A stretch of DNA of 64,000 bases from the human T2T-CHM13v2.0 reference genome, Homo sapiens, in NCBI RefSeq assembly GCF_009914755.1, contig NC_060926.1, one strand, 5' to 3'. Position numbers and translations under genes: made by a program. Below are positions 44,848 to 62,912 of the stretch, in pieces. The notes below the pieces were generated by a model, which saw nothing but the letters and a program-made list of their open reading frames with translations, was not told the origin of the DNA and searched no databases. Positions within the stretch are counted from its first letter, which is position 1. Each line of letters starts with the position of its first letter.

Positions 44848-46019
44848 TAGATCCAGCCCTCTCCCCACACCTTTCTCCATCTGCTCCATGCCTTTGGAGG
44901 CTGAGTACCACCGATGGCATCAGCTCAACTCCCTTGCTGGAGATTGGAGGGTGGGAGGCCACACGGTCAGAGTCTACATTCCCCTGCTGAACTCTGCAGG
45001 GCTATGGTTTGGTGGGGTCCTCCCTGGTCCTCTGGTTGTGCCCTTCACTCTGGCTGGAAGTCTAGTGACAATTTCCTCCTGTTGGTCGCTTTCCGCCTGT
45101 CCCAGAATGCCTCACTCTTCCTCGTAGGCTCCCTTAACTCCACTCACACCGTTTTAAGTACTGTAGTCCCTTTATAAAAAATCTCTTAGCCCTGCTTAAC
45201 AGTGTTTGTTTCTTGCTGGGAACCTGAGCCAGTCCGTACTCCCACTTCCTGGGAGGAACATCTGATTGGCTGCATTTTGGTTCAGGTGTTCATCCTAGCC
45301 CAATCACCCCTGCCTGGGCTGGGGTCACACTGCCAGGAGCCTTGTGAAGAGGGCAGTTTTCATGCTAGAAGTCTGGTTCATTGGGAACTGAGCTGGACAG
45401 ATAGCTGTTAACATTTAAAAAACACACATTTTTATTTTTTAATGTTGTAAAATATAAAATCTACCATTTTAACCATTTAAAAAAAGTACGCAGTTCAGTG
45501 GCAGTGAGCACATTCACGCTGTGTATCACCACCATCCATCTCCAGAACTTTCTCATCCTCCCACACTGAAACTCTGTATCCATTAAACAGTAAACTCTCC
45601 CTCCAGCCCCCGGTAACCACCATTCTTCTTTCCTGCTCTATGACTGACTATTCTAGGAAGCTCATTAAAAAATGCATATTAATTAGACAAGTATTATAGA
45701 AATACATTCTTGTAAAAAAGATGCAAACATGACACCTAAGGCTAGACTAACTGCCCGTCACCTGGCTTAGTGATTACGTGCAGAGGCTACCATTGTTACT
45801 TTAGAGTTTTGGACTCCAAATCATTTCTGTGAATCTGTGATTTCTGTGAATCTACATACAGATGTGCTCTCAGAAAATAAGTGATTTCTTTTCCCCCACA
45901 TAAATGGTATACTGTATGCAGCATTCTGCAACTTGAGCTTGCTTTTTTTTTTAAACCCAATATATTTTGGAGGACTTTCCAAATTAATAACATAGGACTA
46001 CGTTCATTTTAACTGCAGC

Positions 46020-46165
46020 AGGATCAGAGGGAGGGCTGGTTAAAACACAGGCTGCTTTGCCCTACCCTGGAGTTTCTCATTCAGCCAGATGGGGGCCAAA
46101 GAATGCGTCCCACGTGATGCTGCTGCTGCTGCTGTGTTACGGCTGCGCTTCGGAGAACCACTGCT
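46020..46165. mobile_element. MER5A-like element
   Basis: gagggctggttaaaacacag...gagtttctcattcag...gatgctgctg...gagaaccactg. Confidence 0.7.
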
Positions 46166-46419
46166 GCCATTCCCTGATCGATAGATGCTTGGGGTGCTTC
46201 CTGTTTCTCAGTAAAGTGAAGTTGCGGCGACCTCGTGCCTGCCTTATGTGCACCTGTGCCAGCATCTTTCTCAGGTGGGTAAGGAGAGGTGGAATTCTGG
46301 TCACAGGCTACATGTACCTTAAATTTCAATAGATTCCGTCAAATTGCCTCTCAGTATGGCTGTAACAATTTATAGATGAGCTTCCACACAATATTTTACC
46401 CAAGTTAAAAATAAATCCT

Positions 46420-47057
<638 letters not shown>

Positions 47058-47808
47058 AAGAATTGATTTCATTACGGAATATTATAACATTAAAATGTAC
47101 CTTTCTCACATGATAGTAATACAATGATGATGATTTTTTAAAATTGGGAAATTGTGGCTCTTCTCCCTCTGGCTGGAGTCATGACGCTGGAAGAAATGAT
47201 CTCATTGCTCCTTTAGGAGTGTGTATATCTGAACATTCCAGTTTGGGCAACATTGATAAGGTTTGTTCACATGATACTTACCACACTCTTACCTCATGAA
47301 TGAATGATTTTGTGTGTTTATTTCGAACTTCAGTTTCATAGGATAGGGAAGGAGTAGGGGGTCTACAAGGGTGGGGAGGGTATCTTCAATAGGAGAGGTG
47401 TTTTTTTGTTTTTGTTTTTTTGCCACTCTCTCACAGCTGGGTGTTCAGGGCCCTGCATTTGACACAGTGTTGAATGTCCCTAGGAGGGGGACTATGGCAT
47501 AGGGATGAGTAGGGAGACACAGTTGAGCAACTAATTAGGATGTGAGGTAGAATGAGTCATTAACTTTCACCAGTGAAGCCATTACAGTCATGACAAAAAA
47601 GAAATTGATCTATTAAGAGCCAGGGATTTAAATGATTTTAGGATTTGAGGGAGGGCCTTCTAGGAAGCAAGAGTGATGAAAGTGAAAGACAAATAGGTCC
47701 GTTCTAGAAATTTGCAACTTGAGCATTTTAGAACTGAGGTCCTTGATTGGTTGGAAATCAGGTGTAAGAGATTATCTAGTGGTAAGCAACCAAAATGAGT
47801 TTGAATGA

Positions 47809-48081
<273 letters not shown>

Positions 48082-49390
48082 TAAGTTGCCCAGATTTTGA
48101 ACTCCTGGGCTTAAGCAATCCTCCCTCCTTGGCCTCCCCAAATGCTGGGATTACAGGCGTGAGCCACTACAGCGGGCTGACATTCCATTTTTGGATTTTG
48201 GAGTGCACACGTGTGTATTGGCTTTTTGCTGTTCCTTGGATTTGGTGAATTCAGGGGAAGCACGACCAGGTTGCTACAATTGTATTTTTTCTCATCTTCA
48301 CCAGGCTTGTCGGGATTGTCCAGGTTACTTTCTCTGGTTAGAAGTATAATACAAACGTCAATATAAAAAGCATCCACTAGGTGCCAGTCTTGCTTTGTGC
48401 AAATTTCTTTTTATCCCAGCCTTCTGGGAGAGCAGTTGGTTCTGGCCGCCTCCTGTCTAAACTCCCGTGGAGGGTGGGGATGTGAGCTTTCTGCGCGCCA
48501 GCCCTCTGGGATTGGCTGAGAGAATCTCCAAAGTGCTTGCAGCTCTTTTCTGGTGTCCAAGTCCTGAAGCGGAACCTGAATGACTGTAGCCCAGCAGCAG
48601 GCGTGATGAGAGGGGCCTGGAGGGAATCCTGATGGGAGGAGATCGAGTCTCCAGGTGGTGGCTGCACCTCCAGTTTCCCTGGCCTGGCTGTACCCTCCCT
48701 GGACCTGACCAAACTCCCCACCGGGCTACAGATGCTAACCCGAAAAAGTGCCCAGCTGTCAAGAGAAGCTGCAGCAGCTCTTTAGTCTGACACAGTTGCT
48801 GAGCATAGGAAGCTTGAATTGATGTTTCCCCCTCATGTCCTTAAATAGTGAAGTAATAGCCAAAATAAGAAAGAAATTAACCACATCATACACCAACTGC
48901 ATCAATTTCCCCATAGACTTTGTCCATGAAATCCAGGAGTTTACATATGTCAATGATAGTGGGGAAGAGGGAGAAGAATATGGTTTTTCACTTCTTTTCC
49001 CAACTTAGGAAAATTTCAAATATACAGAAAAGTTAAAAGAATAGTATAGGCCGGGTGCGGTGGCTCATGCCTGTAATCCCAGCACTTTGGAAGGCCGAGG
49101 GGGGCGGATCACAAGGTCAGGAAATCATGACCATCCTGGCTAACATGCTGAAACCCCATCTCTACTAAAAATACAAAAAATTAGCCGGGCGTAGTGGCGG
49201 GCGCCTGTAGTCCCAGCTACTCAGGAGGCTGAGGCAGTGAACCTGGGAGGCGGAGCTTGCAGTGAGCTGAGATCGTGCCACTGCACTCCAGCCTGGGCGA
49301 CAGAGTGAGACTCTGGCTCAAAAAAAAGAAAAAAAAGAATAGTATGATGATCTGTATATACACGCCACTTAAAGTAAAACACTGTTGATA

Positions 49391-49726
49391 TAGTCATATG
49401 ACCCTTAACAACGGGGATATGTTCTGAAAGATGTTGTTAGGTGAAATTGTGTCATTGTGAGAATCAAAGAGTGCACTGACATAAACCTGGGCGGCACAGC
49501 CCGCTACACATGTGGGCTATCTTATGTAGCCTACATTGTTTCTAGGCTACAAACCTGGACAGCATGTTCCTGGACTGAGTACTGTAGGCAGTTGGAACAC
49601 AGAGAGATGTGTGTATCTAAACATAGAAAAAGCCAAGTAATACGCTATTGTATTATAATCTTATGGGACCACCGTCGTATATGTGGTCCAACATTGACCA
49701 AAATGTCATTATGCAGTCCATGACTA
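49391..49726. mobile_element. Tigger3a/MER7A-like DNA transposon
   Basis: ctaggctacaaacctg.acagcatgtt..., tataatcttatgggaccaccgtcgtatatgtggtcc; agtcat...atgact termini. Confidence 0.8.
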
Positions 49727-50978
49727 TATTTGGCTATATTTTTCTTCATCTGTATTTGTGTGCATATATTTATTTTTGCTGATCTACTAGAAAGTAAACT
49801 GAAGGCATCATCACACTTTATTCTTAACTACTTCAGGGTGACGTGCCTACAGATTATGACTCCTGCAATAACTACAATACCATTCTTATATCTCTGAAGC
49901 TCCAAACCGTAATCCCCTAATACCATCCTCCTGTCTAATTATTTAATATTATTTAATTTTTAATTTTTTTTGAGGCAGAATCTTGCTCACTCTGTCACCC
50001 AGGCTGGAGGGTAGCAGCAGCACGTTAATATTCAGTTTCTTTTCAAATCAGGATCCAATCCACACTCACTCACTGGGTTTGTTTGTCAAGTCTTCTTTAG
50101 TTACTTTTGCTCTAAAACGGTCTCTTACCCTCTTGCCCCCTTAGTTTTATCTGTAACAATCACACACCGAGGAGACCAGGCCAGTTGTCTTGCAGAATGA
50201 GCCACATGCTGGATTAGATCATTTCCCTAAGTGAGTTTAACTCATTCCTGTACCCTCTGTATTTTCTATCATCTGGAAGTTGTACCTCGGAACTACCCAG
50301 TACAACTTTCTGTGATGACAGAAATGTTCTCTGTGCTGTCCAAAATGGAAGTCATTCACCGCAGGTGGCCAGTGAGCACCTAACATGTATCCATGTGGCT
50401 GAGTGACAGAATTGTTAATTTTATGTCATTCTCACTAATTTACGTTTAAATAGCCACATGTAGCTAGTGGCTATGGTCTGAAACAGCACAGGTCTTAAGC
50501 TTGATTCGATTTGACAAGACATCAAAGGTGATGCTGTATACTTCATACCGGAACACACCAAGAGGCAAGATAATGACAAAGTCTTTCTTTTTCTTTTTTT
50601 TGGTTTGAGTATGATGTTTAGTATAAGATAGAGTGGCTTGGCAGAGTTGGTGCAAAACTGAAGAGAACCAGATTCAGTTCTAGTCAGTGAGTTAGCAGCC
50701 TAGGGTCAAAAAAATTGACCCTGCTGTCCTGAGTCCTCTGAGGCCCTCTGCACATCACCAGCTAGAAGCTCCGAGACTGATATGCCACTGCTTGGAGGCT
50801 TGGGTAGAATCCAAGTGTCCTCAGTTTCCAGAGTGACAAGAGACTGGCCCCAGCCATCAGAGCAGTAGACAAAGGCTTTTGTTTAAAAAAAGCTTTGAGG
50901 TATAATTTATTATTTAATTTTTAATTTTTTTGGAGGCAGAATCTTTCTCACTCTGCCACCCAGGCTGGAGTGTAGTAG

Positions 50979-51248
<270 letters not shown>

Positions 51249-51603
51249 TTAAGTGTAAAGGTCAATGAGTTTCAACAAATGTCTACACCTGTATAGTCAC
51301 AACACAATCCAGATACAGAAGATTTCTGTTATCCCAAAGATTCCCTTGTGCAGCTTCCCAATTAATCCCAAATGTCCCTCTTTTCCACAAGTCTGAGGAA
51401 ACCAGTGATATACTTTCTATCATTATGGAATAAGTGTCTTTGCTTCAGCTTCATATAAATAACATCATACAAAGATACTCTTTGTTTTTTCTCCAACTAC
51501 AATTACTTTAAGTCTCTGAAACAATATTTCCTTACAACTTAAGTAGTTTTTACAGTAGTGACATTTATCATTGATGGGATTTGCTTGTTTAATATGACTA
51601 TAG

Positions 51604-51987
<384 letters not shown>

Positions 51988-52286
51988 TAATGCACCCACC
52001 TTGGGCTCCCAAAGTTCTGGGATTATAGGCGTGAACCACCGTGCCCAGCCTACATATTTACTCGTGATTCTGGTTTTCCAATGACGGATCCTCCATGTTT
52101 TTGAGATTGATTGATGTTGCATGTGTCTGTAGTTTGTCCTTATTGCCAAGTGGTATGTGTTGGTATGGATATGCCACAAGTTGTTTATCCCTTCTGCTGG
52201 TGGAGATCTGCATTGTTTCCAGTTTAGCATTAAAAGGTAGACTTTCCCTCTATACACTGCTTTAGTTGCACCCCATAAATTTTGAT

Positions 52287-52440
52287 TCCCTCTCCCTCTG
52301 CCTCTCTGTCTCCCTTTCCCTTCCCTTCCCTCCCCTCCCCTTCCCTCCCCTCCCCTTCCCTCCCTTTTCCTCCCCTTCCCTCCCCTTCCCTCCTTCCCTC
52401 CTTTCCTCCCTCCCATCCTCCCTCCCTTCCTTTTCTCTGT
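52287..52440. repeat. (CCCTT/CCCTC)n polypyrimidine tract
   Basis: Direct reading; abuts an antisense Alu tail. Confidence 0.9.
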
Positions 52441-52904
52441 CTCCAGGGTCTCACTCCATTGCCCAGACAGCTCTCTGAAGCCCGGATCTCCTGGGCTCAA
52501 GTGATCCTCCCACCTTAGCCTCCTGAGTAGCTGAGACTACAGGTGTAAGCCACCACACCTGGCTAATTTTTAAATTTTGTTTTTTGTAGAGTTGGGGTCT
52601 CCCTATGTTGCCCAGGCTAGTCTTGAACTCCTGGGCTCACGTGATCTTCCCACCTCAGCCTCTGAAAATGCTGAGTTACAGGCATGAGCCCCTAGCCTGT
52701 GGTGTTTTCATTTTAAGAATTCAGTTCTTAGTATTATTTAATTTTTCCTCCTCTTGTTTTTCTCCTTTGACTCCTGGATTATTTAAAAGTGTGATTTTAA
52801 GTTTCCAAATATATGAGGATTTTCCAAAGATCTTTTTGATATTTCTGATTAATTTTGTTCTAAGAGAACATATTTTATAGGATTTAATCCTTTATATTTA
52901 TTGA

Positions 52905-53135
<231 letters not shown>

Positions 53136-54044
53136 TAGAGATGAGGTCTTGCTTATTTGCCCAGGCTGGTCTTGAACTACTGGCTTCAAGTGATCCTCCT
53201 GTCCTCCCGCCTTGGCTTCCCAACATGCTGGGATGACAGCCAAGGCATGCAGTGCACCTAGCTGGTGAAGGTTTCTTATGTACTTGAAAAGAATGTGTAC
53301 CTGGCCGAATGCGGTGGCTCATGCCTGTAATCCCAGCAGTTTGGGAGGCCGAGGTGAGCGGATCACCTGAGGTCAAGAGTTCAAGACCAGCCTGGCCAAC
53401 ATGGTGAAAACTTGTCTCTACTAAAAATACAAAAATTAGCTGGGCATGGTAGTGTGCGCCTGTAGTCCAAGCTGCTTGGAGGTTGAGAAAGGAGAATTGC
53501 TTGAACCCAGGAGGTGGAGGTTGCAGTAAGCCAAGATCGCGCCATTGCACTCCAGCCTGGGTGACAGAGCAAAAACTCCATCTAAAAAGAGAAGAATGTG
53601 TATCTGCTATTGTTGGGTGCAATGGTCTGTAAATATCAATGGAATCAAATTGCTTGATAGTGTCATGCAGGTTTTCTACTTTTTGTATCTACTTCTCCCA
53701 TTAATTACTGAAATAGGCCTATTAAAGTATTCAAATCTCAATATACATTTGTCTGTTTTTCCTTCAATTCTGCCAGTTCTTGCTGCATGTATGTTATGCT
53801 TTGTTATGGTATATTCACATTTAAGACTGTTACATCTTCTTGATGAATTGACCCTTTTGACATTATGAAATGTCCATCTTTATACCAGGGAACGCTTCTT
53901 GTTCTAATGTCTACTTTGTCTAATGTAGCCACTCTGGTTTTTCAAGTGGCTTCTTATTTGTATGATGTATCTCTTTTTTTTCCTCTTTATCTGTGTTTTT
54001 AATTTCAAAGTGTTTTTCTTGTAAATAGCACCTAATTGGGTCTT

Positions 54045-54765
54045 GTTTTTTTTTTTTTTAATTTTAATTTTTAGTTCTGGGTTACATCTGGAGGATGTGC
54101 AGGTTTGTTACATAGGTAAACGTGTGCCACGGTGGTTTGCTGCCCAGATCAACCCATCACCTAGATATTAAGCCCAGAATGCATTAGCTATTTTTCCTAA
54201 AGCTCTCCCTCCCCCCACCCAACCCCCCAGCAGGCCCCTTCCATGTGTTGTTCCCTTCCCTGTGTCCATGTGTTCTCATTGTTCACCTCCCACTTATAAG
54301 TGAGAACATGTGGTGGTTGGTTTTCTGTTCCTGCATTGGTTTGCTGAGGATAATGGCTTCTGGCTTCATCCATTTCCCTGCAAAGAACATTATCTCATTC
54401 CTTTTTATGGCTGCATAGTATTCCATGGTGTATGTGTACCACCTTTTCTTTATCCAGTCTATCACGGATGGGCATTTGGGTTGATTCCATGTCTTTGCTA
54501 TTGTGAATAGTGCTGCAATGAACATATGCGTGTATGTATCTTTATAATAGAATGATTTATATTCCTTTGGGTATATACCCAGTAATGGGATTGCTGGGTC
54601 CAGTGGTATTTCCGGTTCTAGATCTTTGAGGAATCCCCACACCCTCTTCCACAATGGTTGAACTAATTTACATTCCCACCGACAGTGTAAAAGCTTTCCT
54701 ATTTCTCCACAACCTCACCAGCGTCTGTTGTTTCTTGACTTTTTAATATTTGCTGTTCTGACTGG
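54045..54765 (-). mobile_element. Primate L1 (L1PA/PB) 3' end with ORF2 C-terminus
   Basis: ORF 54283-54654 (-) reads as L1 ORF2p C-terminus (DPAIPLLGIYP...MFIAALFTIAKTWNQPKCPS...EYYAAIK), followed by 3' UTR and poly-A. Confidence 0.93.
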
Positions 54766-55850
54766 TGGGGTTTTGTTTTTTTATCCAATTGAACTCTTCC
54801 TGTTAATTGGAATGTTTAGAGTATTTTCATGTAGTTTAGTTACCAGTTTGATTGGGATTAAGTGTGCCACTCTGCTATTTCTTTTCTATTCGTCTCATCT
54901 GTTTTTATTGCCCTTTTCCCCCTTCTTCTCATGACTTTTGGATTGAATAATTTTAAAATTTCACTGCATCTTCACTATTGGCTTGTTGTTAGCCCTGCTC
55001 CTTTGTATTGTTGTTTTAGTGATGGCTCTGGGGTTTATCATGTGCGTCGCCATGTGCATGGCCTTTCCCGTTCCCTAGTGAGGGCCCCAAGTTATCAACA
55101 GGGATCCGTCTTTCTGAATAGTTGGGACTCAGATGCCGTGTAAGCCCTGGGAACCCTTTAGCTCACTGCTTCTCAGCAGCTCTTTGCCTGGCTTCCTGGA
55201 ATTGTACCCTCTTGTGCACATCTTAGTGTGGAGTAAAGACTCAAGAGGACTCCCATGCAGACTTTTGGTGTTTTTTAAGCAAAGGCTTTCTGCCTACCTC
55301 CCTCTTCTCTAAGAGCTCTGCCGTATGACTTCCACTGCCTCAACTGTTCTGGATTCCAATATCTGTCTCCTCAGTACCACTAGATTGGGATGCCCCTTCC
55401 CTGCTTCATGGTCTAGAATGCCTGATTCCTGGAGGCCTTGCTTCCTCTGTTACCCTTCTCTTAGGAATTGCAGGGCTGCCTGTAGTCCAGTGTCTGAAAA
55501 TAATTGTTTCACACTTTGTCCAGTTTTCTCATTGTTTCTTCTGAGAGGGTATTTGGTCCATGTTATTCCATCATGTCAGAAACAGAGGGCTCACTTAGCT
55601 TATTTTTTTTTTTTTGAGACAGAGTCTCCCTCTGCCTCCCAGGCTGGAGTGCAGTGGCACGATTTTTGGCTCAATGCAACCTTTGCCTCCCAAGTAGCTG
55701 GGATTACAGGTGTGCGCCACCACGCCTGGCTAGTTTTTGTATTTTTATTAGAGACAGGGTTTCACCATGTTGGCCAGGCTGGTCTCAAACTCCTGACCTC
55801 AGGTGATCCGCCTGCCTTGGTGTCCCAAGGTGCCAGGATTACAGGCGTGA

Positions 55851-56092
<242 letters not shown>

Positions 56093-56741
56093 TGATCTCC
56101 TGACTTCATGATCTGCCCACCTCAGCCTCCCAAAGTGCTGGGATTACAGGTGTGAGCCACCGTGCCTGGCCAAATTATTGTAATAATTTAAGAATGTATA
56201 TAAATAATCCATGTTTACAGTAGAAAATCTTGAAATAACAATTGCAGCAAGAATTACCCACAATTCCCTGCATCCCAATGTAGGCAAAATTAATGTTTTA
56301 GCATATATCCTTCCAGACCTTTTTAATGTGTATATGTATCTATAAATATAAAAATAAGACCATATCATCTGCACCACATGATGGTTTATAATGGCTGCCT
56401 ACTCCCCAAGAGCACAGGAGAAATGGCACCCATTTTTCATGTGTATTATGACAGCTCATGAGTTTCATAGGAAAGCCTACTGCATTTCAGAGATGTTTGT
56501 AAGACTCTGGACTTGAGAAATTTCATATGTAAAAGAAAGCCATATAGGTTTTATTTTTTAAAGTCTGCAAGTCTGCAAATGTAAAAAGTTTCAAGAGGAA
56601 GAATTTTATTTCATTAGAAAAAAGGAAAGCGGCAGCTTTTACATTACATTTTTAGGCTCCCAAGGTGCTCAACATCAAATGCATTGTACAAGTGAATGGG
56701 CATAAATAGATAACATTTCCAAAATAGATGATCAGATTTCA

Positions 56742-57080
<339 letters not shown>

Positions 57081-57468
57081 TCAAACAGGCCACTCTGCTT
57101 AAAAAATGTAGAAATTAAAGCTCTGGAACTCTTATCATGAAATGTCCTCCACTGGCCCTAGCTGAGGTGGCCATGGGCTGACCTAGCGTGACTTTTCCTA
57201 TAAAGAAATTAAGTATTGAAAAAGCACTGATTAGAGGGGTGAGGATCCAGTTTCCAGCGCTTACTCCGTGACCTTTGGCAAACTGCTTACCTTCCACGAG
57301 TGTCAATTTCCTCATCTACAAAGCAAAGATAAGAGCAATTCAAAGGGTGAGCATGAAGATGAAATAAGATGGTCTTTTTTTTTTTTTTTTTTTTTTTTTT
57401 AGATGGAGTCTTGCTCTGTCGCTCTATTGCCCAGGCTGGAGTGCAGTGGCTCAATGTCGGCTCACTGA

Positions 57469-57876
<408 letters not shown>

Positions 57877-59408
57877 TAAATTATTATTGTTTTTATAACA
57901 CAGCAAATTCTACATTTGGCCACCTTGGTTTCTAGATTCATGGGTATGTTCTGCTCTCATATTCTCTCTCTCCCCTCTTCCCTCCTCCCTCCCTCTCTCC
58001 CTGCCCTTCTCCACTCCCCGCAGCGGAGGTTGTCCATTTCCTCAGTGTGTCTGTTGGTTGCAATGAGGCCATCTTGGTCCTTTACACCTTTGTCCTTTTC
58101 CTCGCACCCATATGCACCCTAGGAAAAGTGTGCATGACTTTGGGAGGCCAAGGTGGGTGGATTGCATGAGTCCAGGAGATCGAGACCAGCCTGGGCAACA
58201 TGGCAAAACTCCGTCTCTATTGAAAATACAAAAAATACAAAAAATATTAGCTGAGCATGGTGGCATGTGCCTGTAGTCCCAGCTACTTAGGAGGCTGAGG
58301 TAGGAGGATCACTGAGCCCAGCAGGTGGAGGTTACAGTGATTGGAGATTGCATCACTGCACTCCAGCCAGGGTGACAGAGTGAGACTCTGTCAAAAAAAA
58401 AAAAACAAAAAAAAAAAAAGGAAAAAGAAAAAAGCGCATGCCGAACGTGCTTCTGAGTGAGTACTCCCCTGTATTACCCTTAAAGGGTCCTTAAAGAGCC
58501 ATTGCCTCTGCTGTGATCGCTGTCAGTATTTCAGAAGCTGGCTCTCTCTGCATCTAGGATGAATGAGGCCATTGGTGCAGGCAGTCTGAGTGCCAGGAAG
58601 ATCAGCATGAGAGGAAGACAGGATATTTCTCTTTGGTCTCACCAGAAGAATATGCCATCCATTATTCACAGAGAGAAGGACAAAGGTCCACATGTATTTT
58701 AGGATGGAGCACCGTGATAGGCCGTGCAGAGAGGTTTCGGGAGGATTCTAGCTGGGCGTCAGGAGATTTGCAAGGTTTGCAGTGCCGGCCATCTCTGGGG
58801 GATTGAAATTTGCCATGGAGGTTTTCAGTTCTGGTTTTAGCCACATTGAAATGTGAGATTATTAGGGTCTGAGAGGTCAAGGGCTTTGCCCAAGGCCACA
58901 CAGCATTTGTAGCTGCCTGGCAGAATGTGGGGCAGCAGTCGTGAGTGCTACAGTGGAGTCAGAGGCAGGGGGCTTTGGTCCCGGGTGGGCAGCTTTCCCA
59001 AATGCAGAAGTTGGAAGCTACACTGGCAGAACAAATGAGGATTCCAGAAGACAGGAGGCCCAATGGGACTTGGGTCACTCACACCAATGGGTCATTAACT
59101 TTTGTACCTATGACATCTTGGAGTACAAGAAGAAAAACAAAAACGCCCAAACAAAAAGTTTGGCACCAGACAGACCTCTGTTGGAATCTAGACTCCAGCT
59201 TCCTGACTACAAGGCCTCTGACAAGGTCTTTGACCTTGGAATGAGAGAGAAGTTTCAGAAAGCCACCTTGGAATGAGAGATAACTCTTATAAGTAACAAT
59301 GTAACTGCTCTGACACACAATAGATGCCTAATGAATGTTAATTTTCTTTCTTTTTATCTTCCCTTCCCTAAATTTCGGTTGTCTTCCTTTTTTTTTTTTT
59401 TTTTTTGA

Positions 59409-59504
<96 letters not shown>

Positions 59505-60549
59505 TGAGCCTCCCAAGTAGCTGAGATTACAGGTGCACACCACCACGCCCGGCTAATTTTTGTATTTTTAGTAGAGATGGGGTTTCACCATGTTGGTCAG
59601 GCTGGTCTCGAACTCTTGACCTCGTGATCCGCCCGCCTTGGCCTCCCAAAGTGCTAGGATTACAGGCATGAGCCACCGTGCCCGACATCGGTTGTCTTGT
59701 ATACAATTCTTACAAAAGTCCTAGGACGTAGGCAGGAACAATATTTTTCCCCTATTTTTGAGATGAGAAAATGGGTTTCAGAGAAGTTTAATGATTTGCA
59801 TGAGGCCCCAGGGACAGAGCTGGGTCTGCATCCCAGAAGTCTTGAGAATAGAGTAGAGCTGCTACAGAATTAGATAAGCTGGGTTTTAATCCTTTTGTGA
59901 CCACTGCTAGTTGAGTGACCTCTCTGAGCCTCAGTTTCCTCATCTATAAAGTGGGGATAATAAGAGTACCTATCCAAAGGATTGTTTTGAAGATAAATGA
60001 TCTAATATATAAAGCGCTTAGACTGGCAAATAATAAGTGGTAGCTCTGATTGTTAAATGAGCCATTAGGATCCTGGCCTGCTCTCTGGGGCTTGTCTTTG
60101 AACATTTTCTTTGGGTATTCTAGGGAATGTCTTTCAGAGTTCTGGGTGTCCTGCCTATTAATGTGGGGAAATCACTATCCACCTATATCAAGTTGCTTCT
60201 CCCTGGCGGTGAGGGCCATGGGGCTGTGTGTGCACCCTGTTAAAAGCCCAGGGTGGACTCCCAGGAGCAACGCACCCACCTGCGCCCACTCTATTGGCTG
60301 ACCTGAGCTTGCTGTCAAACTCTGTCCCCATGCATGTCTCTGTCTGACTGTGGCTCCGAGGGAGTGCACTCTTTCTATTCATTTGGCTACTGACAGATAC
60401 CAAAAATTGATTTATATCCATGGTAACTGTCACCCAGGGGAACTGTGAAAAACAAGAAATCTTTTCTTCCATTCACATCAAACAGAGCCAGTGCCCAGAG
60501 ACCTCTGGGCCTGGCTTTCACTCCGGCTGGCCCTGGCTCATCTCCTTGA

Positions 60550-60959
<410 letters not shown>

Positions 60960-61632
60960 TAGATTTTTTGTAGAGATGGGGTCTCCCCGTGTTGCCCAGG
61001 CTGTTCTCGAACTCCCCAGCTCAAGCAATCCTCCTGCCTCGGCCTCCCAAAGTGCTGGGATTATAGGCGTGGGTCACCACGACCAGCCGGTAATGTATAG
61101 TCTCTAGAGAAAGGATTGGTGGGGGTGTGGGAGGGATCCTCAATCAGGTTTTTTGAGGTGGGAAGACACGTTCTCTTGCTTCTGACTCCTGAGGCTGGTT
61201 TTGTTTCTTCTCTGAGATATTTTTTCCTGAGTGGTTTTTCTTCCTTTTTCGTTCTGATGGCTTTTCTGAAGGGCAGTCATGAGGATGTGCCTGTACCAGC
61301 TGGGGAGAGAGATCTACACCTTACCTGGCTTGGACAACTTTCTTGAGGTCTGATTTTTCTTGATGGTTCTAAGGAGTAAAATATTATTTGAATCGAATGA
61401 TAAATTTGTTATTTGACTGTGCTCAAGTTCTGGGCTAGTTGCTTTGGAAACTTTGAAACAGATTATAGCAGAGTTTTGCAATGTCTGTTCTTGAAAACTC
61501 TGATCTTAAGAGATATTTTATGAACCAACAGGTCTATATGGTCATATAGATTTGGAAATTGCTTCATACTCTATCCCTTATTGGAACGTCGTAATACACA
61601 GTGTATATTAAAGGCCCTGAGACATGGGATAG

Positions 61633-61992
<360 letters not shown>

Positions 61993-62912
61993 TAGACTAG
62001 TCAAGTGGAGTAGTGAGAAGAGAGGAAAGAGGAGGACGAGTTTTATGTGTAACTGACTCTGTTATAATGGAGATAACTCATCACCTTCAGACGCAGCCTC
62101 AGCATTATTTAAGTCCATGTTTCCCAAACTTCCCTTACCATAGAATATTTTTTTCTTCTTTGTTCTGTATTTCTTTCCACAGTCTTCATTTGTTCCACAA
62201 AACACACTTGGAGAATGGCTGGGCTGGAGATTCCCACTGGCTCTGGGGCAAGTCTGGCCAAAGGCATGATTCCAGACCACAGCTGGAATAGAACGTAGGC
62301 TCCACCTTGCATGTAGGGGACTGTGTCTTACATGTCCTCCATATTCCAGGGTCCCTGAGCTAGAAAGGTTCTTGGTAGGGCTGGGAGCTGGGATATTGGG
62401 GTGGAAAGAGCCTGCTTCCTATGAAACATCCTGGAAAGTTGCTGTCTGGCTTTTTGAACACCTCTAAGAATGGAAAGCCTTTTGTTAGAGCCATTTCTTA
62501 AGAAGTCTGTCCTCCTACACTCCTGTTAATTAGTGTCCGAGCCACGTGGCCAAGCCCAATCCCTCGTGGCTGGTTATCCAACCACTGGCAGAATGGAGCC
62601 CTCTTGTTTGCCTCCGAGTCCTCTTTTTGTCTTCGCTGTTGCTCATGTGATGTGGTCTAGAGTCCTGCACCTTCACATCCTCTTTCCTCTGTGTGGGCTG
62701 TGATTGGCTGACATCCTTCCCACAGGGTGATGAGGAGAAGCAGATTTCAACACAGATTTGGCATTTCCCTGCAGGGCCTGGAGCAGCACCTCCCCCGAGG
62801 CTCTATCCAGATGGCTCAAGCCTGTCCTCACCTGCCTGCCTTATTCCTTGGACAGCAACTCTATGGTTCCCTTCCTTTATGATTGCCTTTCTGTTTGAAG
62901 AACTTTGCTTAG

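Noticed and set aside
62700-62730. Acceptor-like GCTGACATCCTTCCCACAG
   Set aside because: No convincing downstream donor; I cannot support an exon call.
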